Notes: generated by a model not told the origin, from the sequence alone. A stretch of DNA of 64,000 nucleotides from Deltaproteobacteria bacterium (GCA_029262515.1 JAJCZH010000020.1:65457-129456); one strand, 5' to 3'; positions 42,402 through 52,641 are shown, numbered from the stretch's first letter. Program-made: numbers and translations.

Positions 42402-43034
42402 TCAGGCCCTGGTATCTATCGCCTCATTCGCCAAACTATCTGCCTCCGCATTGCGCTCTCTTCTAACGTGCGCTATCTCAAAAAAAATGAGTGAGCTGGA
42501 AAGCGCCATCACCCGCTCGTACAGCGGCCTCAGGTCCGGACTCTTTACCCTGTAGAGCCCCTTCACCTGCTTGACCACAAGCTCGGAATCGGCCATTACG
42601 CTGAGCCTCTTTATCCCGAAACGGTGTGCAGACTCCAGAGCAACAATCAACGCCGAGTACTCGGCCACGTTGTTGGTAACAGATCCGAGAAACTTCTTGA
42701 GCCTCTTAAACGGATTGCCATCAGGATCGAGTATCAGCACCCCGGCGCCAGCCGTGCCGGGATTACCGCGCGAAGCGCCATCGACGAAAGCGGTATACCG
42801 ACCGGAGGCATCTACCTTGTGGCTCTCGCAAACTTTCTCCGCCTCGGCAACGCCGATTGCGTTAGATTTAACAGGCAACTCACCGGCAGAAGCAGGTACA
42901 AGGCCGGCGAGGATATCTCTTGCTTTCTCTGGTGTTATACCTAAGTTGCTTATTGTCAAGGCAAGATCAAAGGTGCCGGAGAGTTCCAGCAAAAAGGCTC
43001 TGACAAGGTCGGTTCCTTCGGGGAGACGTGCCAT
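42402..43034 (-). CDS. ribonuclease HI-family protein with ~70 aa N-terminal extension
   Basis: RNase H fold motifs FVDGASRGNPG, NNVAEYSAL and the C-terminal ERNAEADSLAN. Confidence 0.8.
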   Translation of the reverse strand: MARLPEGTDLVRAFLLELSGTFDLALTISNLGITPEKARDILAGLVPASAGELPVKSNAIGVAEAEKVCESHKVDASGRYTAFVDGASRGNPGTAGAGVLILDPDGNPFKRLKKFLGSVTNNVAEYSALIVALESAHRFGIKRLSVMADSELVVKQVKGLYRVKSPDLRPLYERVMALSSSLIFFEIAHVRRERNAEADSLANEAIDTRA

Positions 43035-43038
43035 AAAG

Positions 43039-43761
43039 TTAAACCGCTGCGGGCTGATCCTCTACGTACAGGATTCTATGGCAGTGCGGGCACGAAATGA
43101 GTTCATCCTCCCCGCGGCTGAGCTGCACGTAGAGTTGCGGCGGAACATGTATATAACAACCCTGGCAGGCTTCGTCCTTAACAGGAACTACGGCCCGACC
43201 ACCCCGGCTAGACTTGATAGCCTCATACTTGTCAAGCAGACTCTGAGGAATATCGCGCACAAGCTCGTCCCTTTGCTTGCTCTTATCCTCAACGGCCTTC
43301 TCTCTACCGTCCTTACCGGCATCAAGCTCGGAAGTTAACCGCTCCAGCTCTTGCTCTTTCTCCTCTATCTCGGCCATCTTAGCATCAACTTCAGCCTGCT
43401 TTTCATCAAACTTGGCCTGTACTGTTGACAGCTCTTGTTCTATATTCTTTGAGGTCTTCGTTCCCTGGCTCTTTTCGCGTGTAAGCGCCTTCAGCTCACG
43501 GTCGTTCTTGACCTCGCCCATACGGTCTACGGCCTTCTTCACCCTTGCGTTAGTCTCTTCGAGATGAAGTTGCACACCGCTGCGCTGAGTGGTAAACTCA
43601 GCCAATTCAGCCTCCAGCCTTTCGACAATCCCTTGTGCGCTCTTGATTCCGACTTCGACACCATCTATGGCTTGCCGAACGGAAGATGCCTCACCCTCTA
43701 CAGCACCTATCTCAAGATCTATACGTTGAATCTGCTCAAGTCTTTTTATCGGGTACTGCAT
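43039..43761 (-). CDS. COG1579/DUF164 coiled-coil zinc-ribbon protein
   Basis: 240 aa with a long coiled coil and a C-terminal C4 ribbon (CQGC...CPHC). Confidence 0.75.
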   Translation of the reverse strand: MQYPIKRLEQIQRIDLEIGAVEGEASSVRQAIDGVEVGIKSAQGIVERLEAELAEFTTQRSGVQLHLEETNARVKKAVDRMGEVKNDRELKALTREKSQGTKTSKNIEQELSTVQAKFDEKQAEVDAKMAEIEEKEQELERLTSELDAGKDGREKAVEDKSKQRDELVRDIPQSLLDKYEAIKSSRGGRAVVPVKDEACQGCYIHVPPQLYVQLSRGEDELISCPHCHRILYVEDQPAAV

Positions 43762-43890
43762 TCGATATTACCGCCTCTCCCGCTCTCATACTTTTCAAAG
43801 GTTTATAACTTTCCTGATGTGCTACCGAAGAATAAACATTGTACATAGAGCGTTCTATAACTGCTACAGGAACATGTCCTGTCTCTATTC

Positions 43891-43966
43891 TGGTGGGCCC
43901 ACCAGGACTCGAACCTGGGACCAACCGGTTATGAGCCGGTGGCTCTTCCAACTGAGCTATGGGCCC
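43891..43966 (-). tRNA. tRNA-Met (anticodon CAU; elongator vs Ile2-lysidine type not distinguishable by eye)
   Basis: Minus-strand GGGCCCAUAGCUCAGUUGGAAGAGCCACCGGCUCAUAACCGGUUGGUCCCAGGUUCGAGUCCUGGUGGGCCCACCA folds as a cloverleaf. It carries a CAU anticodon and an encoded CCA. Confidence 0.9.
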
Positions 43967-44172
43967 TTGTCTGCTTAACCTTAAAACCTTGCCACACCAT
44001 CGTCAATAGCACCTTTATCATATTTATTATAGTGATACAGGCAACCGACAGAGGTAACGGGCTGTAATGTACAATTCTATGAATACTGGCCTCCATTGTC
44101 AAGCCGTTTTAAGGCATATGCCCTTATTTATTGAAAAAAGGCAGCAACCCGACCACGAGCGGCCCGGCAATT

Positions 44173-46794
44173 TTACTCTGAAGTGTCCAGTTTATCTATC
44201 TGTTTAAGCACAAACTCACGCTCCTGTTCAATACTCTCTATCTCGCCATCAAGCCTGAGTGCAAGAATCTTTTCGAGTATTGTGCCCACTTCAGGGCCCT
44301 CGGAAACTCCCATCGTTATCAGATCGCTTCCCCTCAAAAGGGAACTCTCGCTGCCAAGCCTGGTAATGTAATGCGAAATCGCTTCGCGCGTGGCCTCACC
44401 CTCGGATCGCGCCATCATATAAATAAGAGTCTCAACAGGAAAAGGCCTGCACAGATTATACAATGTGCTGCCGGTACCCACAGCGCCGTTTTCGATTCTA
44501 CCGAGCGCCCTGAGCGCAGCCCCCCTCGATCCGAGGACATTGAGTCTTCTGCGTCCGCTTACCTTAAGCTCTTCGGCCAGAGCCACCAGCTCACTCTCTG
44601 TAAGCGGACCGGTAAGAACAAGCAGAAAGACCAGCCACTCTTCGGCCTCTTCATCTCTGTAAAGAAGCCTGTACCAGACGAGGGTATCGCGCGCGCGCTC
44701 AAAGAGCGCCTCAACAGAGCCGTTCCACTCTATAGAAGGATGGATAAACTTAACAACCCCTAGTTCATAGAGCCGCTTGACAGTCCGTGTCGGCGACTCT
44801 TCGGCAAAAACATGTTTAAACTCATCGAAGAGCCTTATTGCGGACACATTACCTACAAGACCGCTCTTGACCGCGTTTCTGATCAGGTTCAGGGTGTGCC
44901 TGTCTATCTTAAAGCCGAACTTTTCACTGAAACGAATCGCTCTAACGGCCCGCGTCGGATCCTCTACAAAGCTCAGGTTATGCAACACCCTGATCCTGTG
45001 CTCCTTAAGATCCTTCTGTGCTCCAAAGAAATCGATAAGCCCTCCGAAACCGGACGGGTGGAGGGCAACGGCGAGCGTATTTATTATAAAGTCGCGCCTG
45101 TATAGATCGAGCTTGAGCGACGACTGCTCTATTGTCGGAAGCGAACCCGGTTTTTCATAATACTCGAGGCGTGCCGTTGCGACATCTATCTTAAAACCGT
45201 CGGGAAAGACCAGCACCGCAGTCTTGAACCGGGAGTGCGCCCTAACATGCAACCCCTTTTCAGACGCGAACTCACGGGCAAACTCTATCCCGTCTCCCCC
45301 TTCTACCACTATATCTATGTCGAGGTTTTCACGCCTTAAGAGCAGGTCCCTGACCACACCGCCGACAAGGTACAACTTCATACCCATTCGCTCGGCAACC
45401 GTGCCCGCCTCCTTCAATACTTCAACGAGCCATTCGGGAAGCTTCTCGCTCATAAGGCCCGTTACATGTCTCATCCTGGAAGAACCAGTCCCTGCCGGAG
45501 TTGCGCTCAACTCTTCCTGCAAAAGTTTCAGAAGGTCGGTACGGGTAATTACCCCGACAAGTTCATCCCCGCGCTCAACCGGCAACAGCCTCTGGCCATG
45601 CTTAACTACCTTATCTCTTATCTCATCAACTGAAGTGGAAACGTCTACTGTCTCGCACTCCGTCATCATATAATCACTTACGGCTGCGTTATCAAGCCCG
45701 TGATAGAGCGCCTTGTCTACCACCTGCCGCGTAATGACACCCGAGATATCACCACTGTCTACGACCGGCAGCGCATTTACGTTATAACGGCGCATTATAA
45801 CCAAAACCTCTTTAAGACCAGCAACCGGGGTAACCGTAATGGGTGGAAAACTCATTATCTCTTCGGCCCGTCTCACCGGCACCAACATCTCTTTCAAGAC
45901 AACGAGCAACCTCTCTCGCGCCTGTATAACGGTAACGCCTTTTAACGTCACCGAGGCCGCGCCCTTGTGCCCGCCACCGCCGAGCTCTCTCAGGACTGCG
46001 CCCACATCGACTCTGCTTTCCGAAGAGCGCGCAACAACATGTACCCTGTCTCCCGAATCGACCAGCATAAAGAGGTTTTTCACCCCTCCGACTTCGGTTA
46101 TCTTCTCGGCCAGCGTAGAAATTTCACCCCTGTACTCATCCAGCGAGCCCTCCACTATCGACACATCGACGTCTCCTACCGTATAGATCATGCGCGACTG
46201 CAACAGGTCGTTGAGCAGAGCGACCTCGGAAGGGCTCAGTTCATGCCTGAGCATTTCAGAGACTAAAGAAAGATCGGCGCCAAAGGGAAAAAGAAAGGCC
46301 GCGGCCTCGTAATCGGCCATAGTGGTTGAACGGTACGTGAGGTTACCGGTATCTTCGTAGATGCCGGCCATAAAGAGAGTCGCTTCGATGGAGGTAAGCT
46401 CAAATCCTCTTTCTTTGAGAAGAAGAGAGAGCACGGTCGCAGTAGAGCCGTAAGGCTTTATGACCTCGACAGAACCGCGTATGGCACCGGTTACCTCAGG
46501 ATGATGGTCGTAGATATGAATATCGAGCCCTTGCCGTCCGACTATTCCGGCAAACGGGCCTATACGCGAAGCGTGGCGTACGTCAACGAGAATAAGCCTC
46601 TCGACACTGTCCATATCAATATCAGAGGGCTTCTCCACAGCGCATGGTAGATCGAGGCCCTTAAGCGCCGTAGTTAAGGCGCGCTCTATTGAACCGGACC
46701 AGACAAGACGAGCCCCGGGATAGAGCCTTCTGGCAGCTATCATCGATGCAAGAGTATCGAAGTCGGCATTTATATGCGAGGTTATGACCTCCAT
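44173..46794 (-). CDS. DHH-DHHA1-CBS pair-polyA polymerase/CCA-adding nucleotidyltransferase fusion protein
   Basis: 873 aa. The N-terminus carries DHH motifs (HINADFD, DHH), followed by two CBS domains. Then comes a nucleotidyltransferase head GGVVRDLLLRRENLDIDIVV...RRDFTIN-like (RRDFIINTLA) with a C-terminal tRNA-NT body. Confidence 0.8.
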   Translation of the reverse strand: MEVITSHINADFDTLASMIAARRLYPGARLVWSGSIERALTTALKGLDLPCAVEKPSDIDMDSVERLILVDVRHASRIGPFAGIVGRQGLDIHIYDHHPEVTGAIRGSVEVIKPYGSTATVLSLLLKERGFELTSIEATLFMAGIYEDTGNLTYRSTTMADYEAAAFLFPFGADLSLVSEMLRHELSPSEVALLNDLLQSRMIYTVGDVDVSIVEGSLDEYRGEISTLAEKITEVGGVKNLFMLVDSGDRVHVVARSSESRVDVGAVLRELGGGGHKGAASVTLKGVTVIQARERLLVVLKEMLVPVRRAEEIMSFPPITVTPVAGLKEVLVIMRRYNVNALPVVDSGDISGVITRQVVDKALYHGLDNAAVSDYMMTECETVDVSTSVDEIRDKVVKHGQRLLPVERGDELVGVITRTDLLKLLQEELSATPAGTGSSRMRHVTGLMSEKLPEWLVEVLKEAGTVAERMGMKLYLVGGVVRDLLLRRENLDIDIVVEGGDGIEFAREFASEKGLHVRAHSRFKTAVLVFPDGFKIDVATARLEYYEKPGSLPTIEQSSLKLDLYRRDFIINTLAVALHPSGFGGLIDFFGAQKDLKEHRIRVLHNLSFVEDPTRAVRAIRFSEKFGFKIDRHTLNLIRNAVKSGLVGNVSAIRLFDEFKHVFAEESPTRTVKRLYELGVVKFIHPSIEWNGSVEALFERARDTLVWYRLLYRDEEAEEWLVFLLVLTGPLTESELVALAEELKVSGRRRLNVLGSRGAALRALGRIENGAVGTGSTLYNLCRPFPVETLIYMMARSEGEATREAISHYITRLGSESSLLRGSDLITMGVSEGPEVGTILEKILALRLDGEIESIEQEREFVLKQIDKLDTSE

Positions 46795-46952
46795 AAGCCG
46801 ATATTAACATACTTGCCCTTTAGCTTACAGCGATTTTGTTTCCGGGCTATTAACCTCTCTAATTACTAACCTCTCTATCTAATAGAGACTCAAAAGCGTA
46901 AGGCCTTAATACCATGCGCGGCTGCCACAAGCAGAAATGGCCCCGAAAGCAG

Positions 46953-46987
46953 AAAGGCCCCCTGGGTAATTATTACAGGGGGCCTTT
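46953..46987. terminator. 12-bp perfect-stem hairpin downstream of the cytochrome cluster (putative terminator or 3' stabiliser)
   Basis: AAAGGCCCCCTG-N11-CAGGGGGCCTTT. The flanking U tracts are weak. Confidence 0.4.
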
Positions 46988-47022
46988 CTAAAACAGTATC
47001 GGTCTGCGGCTAATAAGAACGG

Positions 47023-47904
47023 TTACTTCTTTTTGTCCTTCGACTCGTCCTCGTCCTCGTCCTCTTTCTCTACAGGCACAGGAGGCGCCGGCTGCGAATG
47101 GCACCTGAAGCAGTCCTCGAGCGGAAAAGAGACTGTGCCGTGACAGGTGCCGCAATACTGGCCGGCTATAATCTTCAACATATGCATATCCTTATTGCCT
47201 CCGGCCTTCTCTTTAAAGATGCTCGGATGGCAATTTGCACATGTAAGCTGCTCGGTATGCGCCTTGTGCGGAAACTTCACATCCGGCGGATGAGGCGTCA
47301 TCTTGACCGCCGGTATAATTATATCGGTATCTAGAACCTTCAGTTTCTCGCCCCCGGAACTCAGTTTTATGTCGCGCTTCCTCAGCGCTTTCACCCAGTT
47401 TACCCTGTTGCCAAAGTCGTCTTCCGGCAATGGCTCCCTCAGTTCTTCCATATCACTATTACCGGTATCATCCGCATCGAGACCCGAAGAGTGGCACCTT
47501 GTGCAACTATCTTCGTCATCGGCAGCAAACGCAACCCGGTCATTGTGACACGTAGCGCAGAACTTGCCTTCTTCCATAGCTGAGTGAGTAACACCGGCCT
47601 TGCCGGCTTTGAACGAGTAACCTGAATCGGAATGGCAGGCGCTACAGGTATATTTAACCCTGTGGGCAAGGTGTGAAAAGATTACCGGCTTTACTCCCTT
47701 AGACTCGTCGATACCCTTACCCATCAAGACGTCACCGAACGCATCGGGATTCCTCACCCTTCCGTGACCGCTCCATGCGGCAGCCTTACGGGCCGTATAC
47801 CCATCATCTGTCTTCTTTACCTTTTCTGCGGCATCTGAGTAAAGCGGGGTTAAAAGAAAGACTGCAAGAAACGTAAAAACCAGTGTATGCCTAATAAACC
47901 TCAC
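47023..47904 (-). CDS. hexaheme c-type cytochrome, secreted
   Basis: 293 aa with a signal peptide and 6 CxxCH motifs (CSACH, CATCH, CTRCH, CANCH, CGTCH, CFRCH). The C-terminal tail reads PAPPVPVEKEDEDEDESKDKKK. Confidence 0.85.
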   Translation of the reverse strand: MRFIRHTLVFTFLAVFLLTPLYSDAAEKVKKTDDGYTARKAAAWSGHGRVRNPDAFGDVLMGKGIDESKGVKPVIFSHLAHRVKYTCSACHSDSGYSFKAGKAGVTHSAMEEGKFCATCHNDRVAFAADDEDSCTRCHSSGLDADDTGNSDMEELREPLPEDDFGNRVNWVKALRKRDIKLSSGGEKLKVLDTDIIIPAVKMTPHPPDVKFPHKAHTEQLTCANCHPSIFKEKAGGNKDMHMLKIIAGQYCGTCHGTVSFPLEDCFRCHSQPAPPVPVEKEDEDEDESKDKKK

Positions 47905-47958
47905 TAACCTACCTCCGTGGAGTATGTAACAGATATAAGGCCCAATGCCGCAAGAGAC

Positions 47959-48387
47959 TCAATAGCCCTTGTGGCACGAAGCGCAGAGTTTAAAGTACGA
48001 AACCCGAAGCATATTAGGGTGCCGGGTTTTATTATGTTGCTCGTGGCATGTATTACAGACCAGGAGCCCGCCTTCCGAGACCGGCAACGAGACCGGAAGC
48101 ATGCGTCCCGGCGCTTTTCCCATCGGGTGCCTGACGACAGGGTGATTACCTACATTGCCCGCATGGCACTTTGTGCAGGTTGTAACGGGGTCTGCAAGCA
48201 GTTCTGGCGACTGAGAGACATGGCATATCACGCAACTCTTCTTGTCTCTAAAGTCATGCGGACTTTTCCGCGTCCACTCCTCTTCATCTGCCTGCGCACT
48301 AACACTGCCCGTAAGTATGCAAAGAGCTAGCGAAGATAACAGAACTGCAAGTACCAGTTGTAGTGACTTGCTCAAATTGTTCTCCAT
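47959..48387 (-). CDS. tetraheme c-type cytochrome (c3/c7-like)
   Basis: 142 aa with a signal peptide and 4 CxxCH motifs. Confidence 0.85.
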   Translation of the reverse strand: MENNLSKSLQLVLAVLLSSLALCILTGSVSAQADEEEWTRKSPHDFRDKKSCVICHVSQSPELLADPVTTCTKCHAGNVGNHPVVRHPMGKAPGRMLPVSLPVSEGGLLVCNTCHEQHNKTRHPNMLRVSYFKLCASCHKGY

Positions 48388-48527
48388 AGTGCTCTCAAAA
48401 CGCCAGTTGTGTCATGGAAGAATGTGGCCCTTCCGGGTGAGACCCCTTTAAAACAACAGACCATATCGACAACTTTCAACAGCGATTGCGATCTTCAAAG
48501 TACTACAAAACAAGTGTGGATAAAACA

Positions 48528-50765
48528 TCAATTGGAGCAATCGGCAACGATGTTACAGTCGTAATTGACCTGTGGCGTGCTGATAGTAACCGGAGTAGTA
48601 GAGAAGTCCTTATTACAAACCTCGTCCGTTAACGGAGCCACGGCCCTGAAGCCGATACTACCGCCTGACAGCGTGCTCGGGCGCGTATACGACTCAACGC
48701 ATGCTCCGTTCATCATACGGTACCCAAGCGGATCTCCGGAGCTGCCGGCAGCGCCATTACTGCCGTGAACTCCCTTTATCACATTATCCACAGCGTCGTA
48801 ACCGCCGCCATGACAGGTTAAGCAGAGGTTGCTGAACTTATTGGAATTATTACCCGTGTCTGCGCCAATAGCATAAAACGGAGAGGCGACACCAAGACCG
48901 TCCGGCGGATGGGAGACCCTTGAGTATGAGGCGTATATGCCTACGTAACCCTGGTCTCCGTAAACATCCCTGCGGTGGCAATTATAACAGAAGTTCTGCA
49001 GTGAACCAATACCGGTTGTGTTATTCTTCAAGATCCATTTATTATCAGAACCGTGAGGCCCGACCGGATCACTCGAGACGCTTGAGCCGTGACAATCCGA
49101 GCACGTCATCATAGAGTCATGCTTGACATTATAGTATCCGGCTCTTGCTCCTCCACCGGTAAACTCCACATACCTGAAGGTATTTGAAAGGCCGAGGCCG
49201 TTTATCGGCCAGTTGATATTAGCGCTTACCGGCGGTTTATTCTTACCGCTGGCAAAGACAGGGTGGACCGACATATTGTTGACATTAAAGTCTTTGGTCA
49301 TGTCCGACTGCCTGAGAGTAGAACCGTTGGCATTGCCAGACGGGGCATTCGGCGGCAGGAAACCGTATGCGTAATAAGAGTGGCACTTTAAGCAAAGGTA
49401 CCCTTCGAGGTTGTCAAAGCCGGCTGTGGTCGTGGTAAAATCGACCTCTTGATACGTATTGGCTGCGGTACCCGCCAAAGGCCACGGCGACGGCTTTACT
49501 CCCCAACTTCCTAAAATATTGGGTCCGATTATATTACCGTCGATATCTCCAACCTTATGGTTACCGGGCATTGTGCCGTGAGAGTTGTGGCAGTCCGCGC
49601 ACTCTGCATGCCTGTTACCGCCGAGGTTTACCGCGCTCTCTCGGACGGGATCTAAAGATGCCGCCCGCGATGGCACATGAGCGCCGACAGTAGCTTTGAC
49701 ATTATGCTTCGATATGCGGTTGAAGACCGGTTCCATATCTTTAACGGCTACGTTACCGTTATGACAATTGAGACATGTCCACTCCTCTGCATCAACGCTC
49801 TGCGTAACCGGGTTCGTACCCTTTAGAAGAGGCGTACCAGAAGAGCCGGTGTGCGAACGGTGGCATGCTACACAACTCTGCAAGGCCGGCGTATCGTCAC
49901 TAAAATCAGGAGTAACGCCTAAATCCTCATGGAACGGATTCTCACCGAGCCCGTTCCACGTAGCGGTTGAGGTAGAGTGAACCGACGGCATGGTGCTCCA
50001 GTACCTCAAGTCATGGCATGTATTGCAGATTGCCCCGTTATCCAGCGGTTCAACCATCATTTTGGGATAGGCCGTACCATGCGGGTCGTGGCAGCTCCGG
50101 CACTGCACCTGACCGTTGCTATCGAGTTTAACGTTCAACGGTAATGTTGCCGAATCTCTTATTTCGGTATTTGAAGGGTACGACAGAGAATAATCGAATG
50201 AAATCGGATGATCGTCACTAAGGTCTGTGCCTATAAAGGCTGTCGAGACGGATGTCAACATGCCAGAGGTAACGCCAGGCCCCGTTACGGCAAGAATACC
50301 GCCTGGACTCGCCTTGCCGGGAAGGTTTAGCATGGAGCCGAGCGCTATCGTACCGTCGTGGCAAGAGAGGCAGAGCTTTGAAGAGCCGGTGGGCTGCCCC
50401 AGAACTGCCGAGACCGTCTGCGAGGCGTAAATATTGTAGGTGGCGGACGAAGCATCTCTGTTCCACATAGGGTTTGCCGGATTGGAGTTGTGTGGAGTAT
50501 GGCAGAAGACGCATATCTCGCTATTTTGAGTAGTCTTTACATCCGCCTTGGAGAGACTTCCGAAGTTGTGCTTAGTGCCGGCAACAGAGGCGTGCGCAAC
50601 CGGCGCCGTAACCGTCAGCATCAACAGAGCAACTGCAACGACTGACACGGTGCGTAACAGTACAGCCGTATAACCGCTACCGCTGCTAAACATTTCTGTT
50701 GCCATACTCAAGCCTCTTTCATTCTTTTCCATATCCATAACATTCCGTCTCTTTAATTCGCGCAA
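48528..50765 (-). CDS. large undecaheme c-type cytochrome with paired CxxCHxxH motifs, probably cell-surface
   Basis: 745 aa with a signal peptide and 11 CxxCH motifs. Several are of the CxxCHxxH form (CVFCHTPH, CRSCHDPH, CVACHRSH, CADCHNSH). The composition is S/T/G/N-rich. Confidence 0.85.
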   Translation of the reverse strand: MRELKRRNVMDMEKNERGLSMATEMFSSGSGYTAVLLRTVSVVAVALLMLTVTAPVAHASVAGTKHNFGSLSKADVKTTQNSEICVFCHTPHNSNPANPMWNRDASSATYNIYASQTVSAVLGQPTGSSKLCLSCHDGTIALGSMLNLPGKASPGGILAVTGPGVTSGMLTSVSTAFIGTDLSDDHPISFDYSLSYPSNTEIRDSATLPLNVKLDSNGQVQCRSCHDPHGTAYPKMMVEPLDNGAICNTCHDLRYWSTMPSVHSTSTATWNGLGENPFHEDLGVTPDFSDDTPALQSCVACHRSHTGSSGTPLLKGTNPVTQSVDAEEWTCLNCHNGNVAVKDMEPVFNRISKHNVKATVGAHVPSRAASLDPVRESAVNLGGNRHAECADCHNSHGTMPGNHKVGDIDGNIIGPNILGSWGVKPSPWPLAGTAANTYQEVDFTTTTAGFDNLEGYLCLKCHSYYAYGFLPPNAPSGNANGSTLRQSDMTKDFNVNNMSVHPVFASGKNKPPVSANINWPINGLGLSNTFRYVEFTGGGARAGYYNVKHDSMMTCSDCHGSSVSSDPVGPHGSDNKWILKNNTTGIGSLQNFCYNCHRRDVYGDQGYVGIYASYSRVSHPPDGLGVASPFYAIGADTGNNSNKFSNLCLTCHGGGYDAVDNVIKGVHGSNGAAGSSGDPLGYRMMNGACVESYTRPSTLSGGSIGFRAVAPLTDEVCNKDFSTTPVTISTPQVNYDCNIVADCSN

Positions 50766-50786
50766 AATCTAATCGACCGATACGGG

Positions 50787-51893
50787 TTACGATAACTTAC
50801 CACCTTCACCGAGGTGTTCGAATATCTGAATTCTTCTGTTATAAGAGTCCGCTACATAGATATAACCGCCGGAATCTATAAAGAGCCCGCTCGGCATCCA
50901 GAAAGCCCCTCTTGCGTCCCCGATACTGCCGAAGTTGAGCATAAAGTTTCCGTCGCGGTCAAATATCTGAACCGTATCGAACAGGGCGTCTGCAACATAT
51001 ATATTGCCGTCCATGTCTACGGCTATGCCCTTGGGCCTGCCGAAATCCCCGGAGCCGTCACCCTGCGTGCCGAAGCTTGATATGAACCTGCCACCGGAAT
51101 CGAATATCTGAACCTTGTAGTTCATCGTATCTACGACATAGACATCAGACCTGCGGTCTAGGAATATATCTACCGGAAAACTGAATTTACCTTTCGTATC
51201 ACCGCGCCCGCCGAAGGTCTTGACCCCACTGCCGTCAAGGTTTGACATACGGACATTATGAGAGCCGGTATCAACAACATAGAGCCGTTTGGCGGACTTG
51301 TTTATCGCAAGACCCGTAGGCCTTTTTCCGACATTGAACCCACTCACGTACTTGCCGTTAAAATTAAAGACATAGACCTTTGCCGCAATAGAATCGGTTA
51401 CGTAGATATTGTCCTGCCCGTCCACGGCCACGCCTATCAAAGAAATAAAAGCAAAATCTCCTGCGCGCTCTATACGGCTGTACTTCTTCTCTTTCATATC
51501 ATAAATGTGGATAAGCTTGAGAGCGGTGTCGGCAACGAGAATCCTGCCTCTTGAATCGACCGTAAGCCCGTAGGGCTTTACCATGTTATTGACCTTGGCA
51601 CCAAAGAGAACATCGGCAAGCTTCTTGAAAAAACCGCTGCCAGCGCCGATATCCTTAGGCGTTGCAATCACCTTGGAGTAACTTATACGTGGAGGCGCCG
51701 GTGGAGAGGGCCAGATAAGGGCCTTTTGCGAACTTAAATCTTCGGTATCGTCCCCCTTGGAGGCAGTGCAGGACGGAAGCGTCACCCCGAGCGTAACAAG
51801 CATAAGAACGGTAAGGATAGAAAGTCCAAAACGGGCTCTCAGGGCAACAACGCCGGAGGTTAGCGAGAAAGAGGTAGCGGCTATCTTTTCCAT
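50787..51893 (-). CDS. NHL-repeat six-bladed beta-propeller lipoprotein
   Basis: A lipobox (LPSCTA) and repeated NHL signatures (GIAVDxxGNIYVxD). The start is set at the ATG at 51893; the track ORF starts 32 aa upstream. Confidence 0.8.
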   Translation of the reverse strand: MEKIAATSFSLTSGVVALRARFGLSILTVLMLVTLGVTLPSCTASKGDDTEDLSSQKALIWPSPPAPPRISYSKVIATPKDIGAGSGFFKKLADVLFGAKVNNMVKPYGLTVDSRGRILVADTALKLIHIYDMKEKKYSRIERAGDFAFISLIGVAVDGQDNIYVTDSIAAKVYVFNFNGKYVSGFNVGKRPTGLAINKSAKRLYVVDTGSHNVRMSNLDGSGVKTFGGRGDTKGKFSFPVDIFLDRRSDVYVVDTMNYKVQIFDSGGRFISSFGTQGDGSGDFGRPKGIAVDMDGNIYVADALFDTVQIFDRDGNFMLNFGSIGDARGAFWMPSGLFIDSGGYIYVADSYNRRIQIFEHLGEGGKLS

Positions 51894-52035
51894 ACTCCTA
51901 TCAGTGCTCCCTTTACTATTTTGCTTACTCTTTGGCATATTTTTCAGTACACTCCCTGACATATCAGCACTTACCGTTATTGAGACCAAACCCGTGCCAA
52001 CGACTTGTCAACACAAGACCTGCCGTCTTCTCGAT

Positions 52036-52641
52036 TCACTTCCTGTGGCAGTACTGACAGATCTCAAGTCCTTCGGAACGGAGCCTGCGAACCGAATCCG
52101 CGCCCCAGTCATTCCTACCCTTCAACACTCCCTTTTCGTGACTATTGTGACATGTAACGCATGTGACTTTACCTGTCTCAGGGTCGAGCGGCAAGATAGT
52201 ATTAACCTCTTTCAAGGCAAGCCTCATGTTCAAGGAAATAATTTTCGTCGGCTCTACAAGATGGTCGGTCGCATAGATAAAACTCATAGCGCCGCCTATC
52301 GTATCTTTAGTGGCAGGGTGATTCTTTATCGTATGGCACTTGTAGCAGAGCTCTTTGTACTCTCCACCTACGCGAAGCTCAATATCACCCTGCCTGTCCA
52401 TACTCAAGTCCGGCACACCCTTATGGCAGACAAGACAGACACCCCAAAGAACCTCACCTTCATCATTTACCTGCTCATGAGGGTTTACTACTGTCTTTAA
52501 CGCCAAACTCCTTGCATACGGCGCAACATCGGATCTGAACTTGGGTGCAGGCTCCTCTGCGCTCATACTGCTGCCGACACCCAGCATCAGAAGCACAACG
52601 GCCAGAACAGGTATAGTAGATCTCTTTATTAATTTGCGCAT
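52036..52641 (-). CDS. tetraheme c-type cytochrome
   Basis: 201 aa with a signal peptide and 4 CxxCH motifs. The last motif, CQYCHRK, sits at the extreme C-terminus. Confidence 0.85.
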   Translation of the reverse strand: MRKLIKRSTIPVLAVVLLMLGVGSSMSAEEPAPKFRSDVAPYARSLALKTVVNPHEQVNDEGEVLWGVCLVCHKGVPDLSMDRQGDIELRVGGEYKELCYKCHTIKNHPATKDTIGGAMSFIYATDHLVEPTKIISLNMRLALKEVNTILPLDPETGKVTCVTCHNSHEKGVLKGRNDWGADSVRRLRSEGLEICQYCHRK

